The notes beneath the pieces were generated by a model. It worked only from the letters and a program-made list of their open reading frames with translations. It did not search any database and had not been told where the DNA came from. A DNA stretch of 64,000 nt, taken from a virus. The stretch is from positions 81,871 to 145,870 of IMG/VR virus record IMGVR_UViG_3300020201_000009. One strand, 5' to 3'. Position 1 is the first letter of the stretch. Each line of letters opens with the position of its first letter. This document shows positions 30,038 to 37,298 of this stretch, in pieces. A program made the translations under genes and the position numbers.

Positions 30038-30148
30038 ATGCCAACAAAGAAAAAGTCTGTTGCGTCGAAGTCCGCCCCTAAGAAGGCCCCAGTAAAAACG
30101 GTTGTTAAAAAGATCGTTAAAGCCGCTGCGCCCGCCGCAGATCAGTAA
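30038..30148 (+). CDS. 36-aa Lys/Ala/Pro-rich histone-H1-like peptide
   Basis: MPTKKKSVASKSAPKKAPVKTVVKKIVKAAAPAADQ, translated by hand. Confidence 0.6.
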   Translation: MPTKKKSVASKSAPKKAPVKTVVKKIVKAAAPAADQ

Positions 30149-30174
30149 TAGTAAAAAAAAAGATCAAAATATAC

Positions 30175-30317
30175 GCCTTAGTACGAAATGCATATCTTGG
30201 CGGGTCCGTTAAAAGACCGTGTCCCATGATGTACTGAAACTTTTTGTGAAAAATGCTATTGTAAAAGATAGTTGTCTATTGTAACAAAAATTATGGGTTA
30301 TAAATCCCATCAAGGCA
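30175..30317 (+). ncRNA. structured tRNA-like RNA (unclassified)
   Basis: GCCTT/AAGGC closing stem, T-arm-like ATGGG-ttataaat-CCCAT, two internal stem-loops. Confidence 0.45.
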
Positions 30318-30397
30318 AAAATTGATATAGTACGAATATTTGAACTGAGCTAGTAGTAACCGACGCTATTATTTCCTCATTCCTCTTTTATTTTTAT

Positions 30398-30474
30398 GCG
30401 CGCATAGCTCAATTGGATAGAGCGACAGATTTCTACTCTGTAGGTTGAAGATTCGATTTCTTCTGCGCGTACCA
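30398..30474 (+). tRNA. tRNA-Arg(TCT)
   Basis: Cloverleaf; ACAGA-tt TCT ac-TCTGT; encoded CCA. Confidence 0.95.
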
Positions 30475-30524
30475 CTTTAAAATTTCAAGATGTGCGATTG
30501 GAAAATTAAATTAGAAAATGTTCA

Positions 30525-30734
30525 ATGTGGCAAAACAAGGGATTCACCATGATAGGGCTAATTGGAGTTTGGGCTGTTGTCGGATTATTATTTTTTTTCA
30601 CTTGCGGAGACCGGGTTTTTTTTAAAAACATGGGAGAGGTGAAATTCCTGTCTCTGGCTTTCTTGTTTGGCCCTTTTGTTTTTTTAGCATTTGTCTTCAT
30701 GACAATTGTTGATTGGCTGTTCAGAAAAATCTAA
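30525..30734 (+). CDS. small membrane protein
   Basis: Two hydrophobic segments. Confidence 0.55.
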   Translation: MWQNKGFTMIGLIGVWAVVGLLFFFTCGDRVFFKNMGEVKFLSLAFLFGPFVFLAFVFMTIVDWLFRKI

Positions 30735-30784
30735 TTTTAGATCCATATTTAAAATTTCTAGTGTAAAATCTATATTGTACTTTT

Positions 30785-30868
30785 GGCCCTATGGGGGAAT
30801 GTATACCCAATACTCTTAAAAAGTATCGCCCGTAAGGGATTGTCGGGTCGAACCGACTAGGGCTACCA
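30785..30868 (+). tRNA. tRNA-Leu(TAA)
   Basis: ATACT-ct TAA aa-AGTAT; long variable arm; CCA; 6-nt T-loop GTCGAA. Confidence 0.9.
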
Positions 30869-30888
30869 AACTATTATTCCCGCTTCAA

Positions 30889-31251
30889 ATGAAAAAAATC
30901 ACTCTCGCACTAATCCTTACGGATGTTCGCAAGGATAAATTGCTGCACAACGCGGGCGTACTCGAATCGTTTAAACGGTTGATTGAACCAGTCGAATATT
31001 TGCACGGCAATCTAAGAGAAGATCAAACGGTCAATAAGGTAATTTGTAATCTTAAAAAAGTTATAATGTCTGACGGAAAATATGAAATCCAAGCAATATT
31101 TACCCCCCATCAAAACGAAGGGGCTTGGTGTAATCGCGAAACAATTCTTGTTAGTACGGGTTCGGTGTGGGGGAAATTTGCAAATTATTTAGAGAGTTTG
31201 GGGTACAAAGGGCAACTTCCAAAACGATACACCAACGAAGTTTTAGTGTAA
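30889..31251 (+). CDS. hypothetical protein
   Basis: 120-aa ORF. Confidence 0.65.
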   Translation: MKKITLALILTDVRKDKLLHNAGVLESFKRLIEPVEYLHGNLREDQTVNKVICNLKKVIMSDGKYEIQAIFTPHQNEGAWCNRETILVSTGSVWGKFANYLESLGYKGQLPKRYTNEVLV

Positions 31252-31302
31252 ATAGATCTTTTGCGGAATATCGAGATTTGACAGGTATTAAACATATTTT
31301 CC

Positions 31303-31404
31303 CGCTCTGAACATTCTTTCTAGAATAATGTTAAAGTAATCGTCTATAACGCCTAAAAACGTTTTATAGGATTCCGTGTTTGTAAAACAACACCAGAGCG
31401 ACCA
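31303..31404 (+). ncRNA. tRNA-shaped RNA with CCA end (non-canonical)
   Basis: Perfect 7-bp CGCTCTG/CAGAGCG + A-CCA; T-like arm GTGTT/AACAC; extended anticodon-like stem. Confidence 0.6.
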
Positions 31405-31536
31405 CTTTCCTTTTCTATATTATATAAACACATATTGGTTACTATCTAAAAATAGTAATTCAGTCTTGCTGAGGGTTGTAGACCACCTCAATAAAAACGG
31501 TACATTAATTTTTAGGTTTAACAATTCAAATTCAAA

Positions 31537-32292
31537 ATGAAACTACACGAATCGCTAGCTGTCAACACAAGTATCGAAACACAAGCCGGTAAGGTAAGAT
31601 CCGAATTGGCTAATTCTTTCCAAAGCAAGGGACACCTCTTTACAGAGAAACTTGTTACATTCTTTCCCAATGCAGAGGGGCAACCGCCGATTATTGAATC
31701 CCAGAGTAAAATTCAGACCACGGTTCGAAATGAACTTGCTCTGATTACACCATTCCTTGTCAAGGCTATTGACTCTGCTTATCAGATTGCAGAGGCCAAT
31801 ACAGAGGCAAGGGCGGATATTATCTTAGAGGGGGAAACAACACCGATCCTTACCGGTATTCCCGCTACCTCTCTGCTCGAACTTGAGAAGAGACTTGCAG
31901 AAGTCGCAACATTGATTAATGCAATTTCTACAATCGACCCAGCGAAGGCTTTTGTAGCTGATAATGATAAAACGGCTGGATACTATAAAGCGGCCATTGT
32001 CAACAAGCCTCGTACCAAGAAAGAGAAAGTTGTACTTATTCGCTACGCGGCAACCGTTGAACATCCAGCGCAAACAGAGCTGATTGATAAAGATGTCGAA
32101 ATTGGCCGGACACAAGAACAAGAATGGTCCGGACTTATTTTGCCAGTTGAAAAGTCCCAATTGTTGGAGCGCGTCGAAATTATGCAGAGAGCAGTAAAGG
32201 CCGCTCGTTCCCGCGCCAATGAACAATTGGTTGATAGAGAAAAGAAGATTGGTAATACAATCATTGGTTACATCTTCCAAGTTAAAAAGTAA
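31537..32292 (+). CDS. uncharacterised helical protein of a widespread bacterial/phage family (recalled as DUF7873-like)
   Basis: KL....AV, AN..ARAD, P.T.LL.LEK.L, AT.EHPAQ, WSG, AVKAAR..AN. Confidence 0.8.
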   Translation: MKLHESLAVNTSIETQAGKVRSELANSFQSKGHLFTEKLVTFFPNAEGQPPIIESQSKIQTTVRNELALITPFLVKAIDSAYQIAEANTEARADIILEGETTPILTGIPATSLLELEKRLAEVATLINAISTIDPAKAFVADNDKTAGYYKAAIVNKPRTKKEKVVLIRYAATVEHPAQTELIDKDVEIGRTQEQEWSGLILPVEKSQLLERVEIMQRAVKAARSRANEQLVDREKKIGNTIIGYIFQVKK

Positions 32293-32295
32293 AAA

Positions 32296-32612
32296 TTTGG
32301 GTGTCTCGGCTTCACGCCGAGATTCTCAGGCTTAGGGTTATTGTTAGGTTTACTCATATAAAAGTTTAAGTTATTAACCCAAAAGTTCAAAACACATATA
32401 GAAGTTACCAGTAGACATATTAATATTTAAACCGAAAACAAAGATTCAATTTCTTTCGAAGGCGCCATTTTTGTATTTGTCAGTCAATGCTTTCGTCGTA
32501 TAGCGGTATTACGTCGGGATCAAGTTAAAAATTAATACGGGTTTGCTGATGAAGAGTTAAAAAAACGCTCTATATAATATCGGGGCTAGTCGCGTGCTAG
32601 CGGTCTAGCCCC
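32296..32612 (+). ncRNA. large structured RNA containing a circularly permuted tRNA domain (YrlA/Y-RNA-like)
   Basis: T-arm, acceptor 3' strand and GCCA precede the acceptor 5' strand and D-arm; long closing stem; 6-nt periodic repeats; 3' hairpin. Confidence 0.75.
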
Positions 32613-32626
32613 ACTTATTTTCAGTC

Positions 32627-32929
32627 ATGGAATATGAGGATTCAATAAAGTTAGATCATTTAGAGGCCAAATTAAAAATTGGCGCTTATTATTGCGCTTA
32701 TCAAAATAGAGCACTTCTTTTTATGGCCTATGTTGTAAGATTCACAGATAACATAATTGTCTTTAGAGAAGTATCCGTATTCGAAGGTCGTATTATTTGT
32801 GTGGACCGAAAGGTTTTCTTTAGTCTTGAATATTGTCCACGATTTGTCGGATACGGTATCAAAAATAAGTTGTTATCGTTTTTTAGCGTTTTTCGTGGTG
32901 ATCCGTTTCCCGTTTATAGTTTAACTTAA
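32627..32929 (+). CDS. hypothetical protein
   Basis: 100-aa ORF. Confidence 0.5.
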   Translation: MEYEDSIKLDHLEAKLKIGAYYCAYQNRALLFMAYVVRFTDNIIVFREVSVFEGRIICVDRKVFFSLEYCPRFVGYGIKNKLLSFFSVFRGDPFPVYSLT

Positions 32930-33062
32930 ATAGATCTTTATATATGGGTAAAACTAAACGTAAAGATGCTCATATCGAATCTGGCAGAAAGCCTTACGGT
33001 AAAATGCATCAGATTACAATTAAAGTTTCAAAATTGTTTTTCAGAATTTCTGAAAAAACCCA

Positions 33063-33110
33063 TTGCATTCCTCACCATTTTAGCTTATTATTCCTCTTAG
33101 TTCTTTGATA
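33063..33110 (+). promoter_or_regulatory. sigma70 promoter plus boxA-like element for the tRNA-Glu/Gln unit
   Basis: TTGCAT-17-TATTAT then GTTCTTTGATA. Confidence 0.55.
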
Positions 33111-33146
33111 GTTTAAATTAGTTTAAGTCTTATTTGTCAGTAATAT

Positions 33147-33221
33147 GGCCATGTCATCTAGTGGTTAAGATACACGGTTTTCATCCGTGGTACGAGAATT
33201 CGATTTTCTCCATGGCTACCA
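33147..33221 (+). tRNA. tRNA-Glu(TTC)
   Basis: CACGG-tt TTC at-CCGTG; CCA. Confidence 0.95.
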
Positions 33222-33283
33222 ATTTTTTCTAGATAACAAAATCTGATTATCATATAAATAAAAAATGTACTAATCGACGAAAA

Positions 33284-33312
33284 GAAAGCCCCGTGCTTTA
33301 GCTAGGGGATGA
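33284..33312 (+). mobile_element. orphan IS200/IS605-type end hairpin
   Basis: GAAAGCCCCGTGCTTTAGCTAGGGGATGA; no tnpA/tnpB in the window. Confidence 0.55.
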
Positions 33313-33348
33313 TCAAGGATTAAACAAATTAAAAATTAGAGTTTTTGT

Positions 33349-33422
33349 TGGAGCGTGGTGTAACGGTAGCACAGGAGACTTTGAATCTCTTAGAGAAATT
33401 TCGATTATTTCCGCTCCTGCCA
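33349..33422 (+). tRNA. tRNA-Gln(TTG)
   Basis: GGAGA-ct TTG aa-TCTCT; unpaired 1:72; G73; CCA. Confidence 0.95.
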
Positions 33423-33605
33423 ATTTTTTCTGTTATAATTGGTTATTTTGATAAGTTTCCAAAGTGGAAAAAAGACCACCCAATCGACGGTAAAGTCATC
33501 CTTTTGTAACAGTAAATCTTTTGCAGTTAAAGCCGGAATTTCTTTTCGAAAAGAAAGGAAAAAAGGGGTTGACCCGCAGGGGTATGGGGGATTCCCTTAT
33601 GGGGT

Positions 33606-33827
33606 ATGACGCAAACGCCCGAGTTTTTTTCGGATGGATATATAAATCAAGCGGGTTCGGTTTTGATAGAATTTTCGAGGGATAGGGGTCATTCCCCCTT
33701 AGTCTATTGGAGGATTTTCTCGTTCGACTATACTACTCAATATTTTGAGCCCCAATCGGCACAGTATATAACCGAAGATGCTTATTTGAGTCTACGTGAT
33801 AGTCTTATCATGCAAGGCTTTTATTAA
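33606..33827 (+). CDS. hypothetical protein
   Basis: ORF after a TTGACC-containing region. Confidence 0.55.
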   Translation: MTQTPEFFSDGYINQAGSVLIEFSRDRGHSPLVYWRIFSFDYTTQYFEPQSAQYITEDAYLSLRDSLIMQGFY

Positions 33828-34153
33828 CAATAAAACATGAGTGAACTTTTTAGGGAAAAATTTTGTAAACTATTCTGGGAGGCTGTAAATAGCGGGTTTA
33901 GCTGTAATGACGCCAGAGATTATGCCTCCCTAGAATTGACCGGAAAACTTTATCACAAAACAACTAATGAGATCTAATAAAATTTTTATAGCAATCAAGG
34001 GTATCCTTGCCTTTTGTATTATTTATATTTCCATTGCCTTTGTCGTTTTTCAATTTAGAAATCCAAAAGCAAATGATACGACATTTTTTACACACTTTTC
34101 GGATGTGGTCAAATATAACAAGTTAGAGAAATTCAACTAAAAAAACTATTCTT

Positions 34154-34669
34154 ATGAGCGACAAAAAAATAATCGGATTTGGTGATTTGGGAAGAGACAA
34201 GGTAACGGGCGTACAGGGTGTTGTAGTATCCTTTACCAGATATCTTTATAATTGTGACAGAGTTGGGCTTCAACCAATTCCAAAGACGAACAGCGAAAAG
34301 CCAGTGGAAGAATTAACGTTTGACACTTATCAAGTTGATGTTGTCAAGAAGGGTAAGGTCAAATTTGGAAACGTTAATAACGAAATAATGGTTGCGGGGC
34401 TTGGGGATCTTGTTAAGGATAATGTTACGCTGAGAACTGGAATCGTACTTGGCATTTGCCGTCAAGCATACGGCTCTCCCATCTTACTTGTTCAGCCGCA
34501 ACAGTTGGATAAGGATGGTAGGGTGCGCGGTATCTTGTATTTTAACCACGCTCAAGTTACCGTGGTACAAAGCAAAAAGATTGTAGTCGAAAATATGCCA
34601 GAGAAACCGGTTGTTGATGGTAAAAAGACCACCGGCGGGCCAATGCCGACTGTTAAACGGCCTTACTAG
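34154..34669 (+). CDS. hypothetical protein with tandem SH3/KOW-like repeats
   Basis: GDLGRDKVTG..G / GDLVKDNVT...G, each followed by QP. Confidence 0.7.
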   Translation: MSDKKIIGFGDLGRDKVTGVQGVVVSFTRYLYNCDRVGLQPIPKTNSEKPVEELTFDTYQVDVVKKGKVKFGNVNNEIMVAGLGDLVKDNVTLRTGIVLGICRQAYGSPILLVQPQQLDKDGRVRGILYFNHAQVTVVQSKKIVVENMPEKPVVDGKKTTGGPMPTVKRPY

Positions 34670-34710
34670 GCTATAATAAATTTTGTAATAGAAATATTAC
34701 GTAAGTTCTT

Positions 34711-34785
34711 GGGGTCGTAGCTCAACGGTAGAGCAGTTCCCTTTTAAGGAATTGGTTGTGGTTTCAAATACCACCGACCCCACCA
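34711..34785 (+). tRNA. tRNA-Lys(TTT)
   Basis: GTTCC-ct TTT aa-GGAAT; CCA. Confidence 0.95.
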
Positions 34786-34789
34786 TTTT

Positions 34790-34885
34790 ACACTATAACA
34801 TTCTGTTTTGGATTTAAACATCTGTTTGTTGTGAGTGGATGTCTAGGTCATAATCCAATCGTCCTTATATAAGACGAGTAGTGTA
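34790..34885 (+). ncRNA. tRNA-shaped RNA with the same architecture as 31303-31404
   Basis: ACACTAT/GTAGTGT stem, AACATTC hairpin, long stem, T-like arm TCGTC/GACGA; no encoded CCA. Confidence 0.45.
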
Positions 34886-35056
34886 TTACTTTACTAAATA
34901 AAATAAACCCAAACAAAATGGGCGATAACCATATAACACCTGAAGAGATGGGGGTAATTCTAATACCAAATTCAGACATTTCAAAGAAAGTGGTAAAAGA
35001 AATGGAGAAATTGTCCGAGGTTATTGATCAATTGCCACCCAATTCAAAAGTAAAAA

Positions 35057-35494
35057 ATGAAAATTAAAAATCTAATCTTTGGATTACTCCTTACTTGCGC
35101 CGCTTCTTATGGCCAAACCAAATATCCAATTAGTCTTATTTGGAATGGTAATAATCCAGCAGGGAGCGTTGAATATTTTATTGAACAAAAAAGCGGATCT
35201 AGTGAATGGGCGGAAACGCCTAATGCTAAAACCCAACTGGAAACTTTTACACTTCAACTTGTTCCGGGTGGATACATTTTTCGGGTTAAAGCTAGGCGAA
35301 CTGTAGAGGGAAACGTATTAACCTCAGCGCCATCAAATGAATTGGTACACCTTCATGGGAAACCTCTTGATCCATCGACATTGAAGATCACTATGAATTT
35401 GATTATTAGAGAAGACGGTTCTATTTATAATAGTAAATTTAATCGTCCGATTAATTTTGCGAAACTTCGGCGCGAAAATAAGGGAACGAGTTAA
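35057..35494 (+). CDS. signal peptide + fibronectin type III domain protein
   Basis: Signal peptide; L.W, Y, L.PG.Y.FRV.A, S.PSNE. Confidence 0.7.
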   Translation: MKIKNLIFGLLLTCAASYGQTKYPISLIWNGNNPAGSVEYFIEQKSGSSEWAETPNAKTQLETFTLQLVPGGYIFRVKARRTVEGNVLTSAPSNELVHLHGKPLDPSTLKITMNLIIREDGSIYNSKFNRPINFAKLRRENKGTS

Positions 35495-35840
35495 TGCCTA
35501 TAATCAATTACCTATGAAAGATTTCGAAGGAGAATACAAAAAGAAAATATTGGAACATAAAAACTTCCCTAGGACTCCTCGCGGGCCGGATGGTAAGTTT
35601 TTTATTCCCAATGACGAACTATTTGTAGTCGGCGCATATCTTCAAACGGCCTATCTCAAAGGTTTCTTTACCAATAATGAAGGTAAGCAAATGTATTACT
35701 TTTTTTACATCGACAAAGAAAGAAATTTGGCTAGACCCAGCGAAAACAATTTAATAATTGGGACCAAGTTTGTACAGGAAATTGAAAAATCCAATTTGTC
35801 AATTAAACATGAACTTATTGAAACCAGTTGTTTATCATAA
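35457..35840 (+). CDS. hypothetical protein
   Basis: ORF tiling. Confidence 0.55.
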   Translation: MRNFGAKIRERVNAYNQLPMKDFEGEYKKKILEHKNFPRTPRGPDGKFFIPNDELFVVGAYLQTAYLKGFFTNNEGKQMYYFFYIDKERNLARPSENNLIIGTKFVQEIEKSNLSIKHELIETSCLS

Positions 35841-35988
35841 TTCTATTAGGAATCCAGTAAAATATTCTTTGTGGTCCGATAGCGGAGTTTATTATCCCGG
35901 CGTGACGGTGGTTTTGTCCGTTATTCTCGCTAAGATTATTGTTTCTATTCCTCAATTTATGATTTATTTTTGGGGTTTATAAATTTAT

Positions 35989-36067
35989 GGTCCTGTAGTT
36001 AAATGTAGCTAATAACGGGCTCTTTATAAGGGCTTATTGACAGAGGCTCCGCTGTCCGGGACTACCA
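35989..36067 (+). tRNA. tRNA-Ile(TAT) with aberrant D and T loops
   Basis: GGTCCTG/CGGGACT; GGCTC-tt TAT aa-GGGCT; T-loop AGGCTCCG; CCA. Confidence 0.8.
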
Positions 36068-36105
36068 CTTTCTCTCTATTTTCGCAATACAATAACAAAA
36101 AAAAT

Positions 36106-36279
36106 ATGACCCTTTACACTCTGCTGTTGTTAAACATTATCTCCGTAATCTTAATTGGTAAATTGTTGCTACGTCAAAAAGGCGGAGTAACAAAAAAAAT
36201 AGAGGCGCTTTCAATTGTTTATATTTTGTGGACGACCGTTTTCACCGTTTTCTATTTAGTAGCCAACCACAATGCATAG
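36106..36279 (+). CDS. small membrane protein
   Basis: Two TM segments; ATG downstream of the tRNA. Confidence 0.5.
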   Translation: MTLYTLLLLNIISVILIGKLLLRQKGGVTKKIEALSIVYILWTTVFTVFYLVANHNA

Positions 36280-36366
36280 TAGATATCGCAAACTCATTTC
36301 CGTTGGAATTGTTTACATTTTAGCATTTATTATTTGCATAGCTCTATCTGTATTCGTTAAAGTTTT

Positions 36367-36678
36367 ATGAAATTAATCCTGTTAGTCTATAACTACCATG
36401 GCTTCGTGAAAGGGGCTGGTGAGATATGTTACGCAATCGAGGCGAAAAGTGTGGAACTTTCTTTATTTGAATTGGAAATGTTAGTGGAGAAACATTTGGA
36501 AGTTTTAGATCATCAATCGAAAGTTCATCATTTATTTATGGGGACTTGGATTGATATTACTTTATTTTACCATTTTGATAGAGATGTAAGTAGAAAATAT
36601 GTATATTTAAAACCCATTATTCTTACATTGGAACAATACTGGCTTCGGATCAGAATTGTTAGGGATCCGGATCTATAA
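36367..36678 (+). CDS. hypothetical protein
   Basis: ORF. Confidence 0.55.
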   Translation: MKLILLVYNYHGFVKGAGEICYAIEAKSVELSLFELEMLVEKHLEVLDHQSKVHHLFMGTWIDITLFYHFDRDVSRKYVYLKPIILTLEQYWLRIRIVRDPDL

Positions 36679-36958
36679 ACCTTTTCCTATGAAATACGAT
36701 AAATGCTATACATTAGAGACTATTATTGAAATCTCTCGAATTATAAATGAGAAGATTAACGACCTTCCCATAGGCTCAAAAATTGACCGCACCAAGTTGG
36801 GCTTGGAAGTTAGTAAAATATTTCAAGAAAAAATTTTTCCTGTTGATACAGATAATGTATTAACACTGCTTGGTTTAATCATTCGCATGAGGAATGATCT
36901 TACGGTATCCAAGGGTAAAATGGGAGGCACTTTTAAGATCGACCCTGATTTTTCATAA
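36656..36958 (+). CDS. hypothetical protein
   Basis: ORF. Confidence 0.55.
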   Translation: MLGIRIYKPFPMKYDKCYTLETIIEISRIINEKINDLPIGSKIDRTKLGLEVSKIFQEKIFPVDTDNVLTLLGLIIRMRNDLTVSKGKMGGTFKIDPDFS

Positions 36959-37298
36959 ACCTGCCACGAACCAACCACGGAATTAAAATGAAGATTGCGA
37001 AAAGAGTTTTTATTTGGGATTGTATAGCGGTTGTCAGCTTACCCATTCTTATTCTTATTTTTTCGATACCCGAATTGAGAGAAACAGAATCTAGAAATTA
37101 TCTAATAACCGCTCTACTGATATTATCAATTTTTCCATTGTATTTCGATGGATCGAATCCCCGATAAAGCAAATAAATAGCGTAACAAAATTGTAACAAA
37201 AGGCTGGGGGGAATTGACCCTTGACTCATGAGGGATTCCCCTAGAGTCTCTTCCTCAGTTCAGAGCTAACAGCTTTGGCGCAAAAAAAACAAAAAAAA

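Noticed and set aside
32546-32575. Hammerhead ribozyme (CTGATGA followed by a small stem)
   Set aside because: No GAAA after the stem II candidate and no stem I/III arrangement.
36037-36105. TTG start of ORF 36037
   Set aside because: It lies inside tRNA-Ile; ATG 36106 is preferred.
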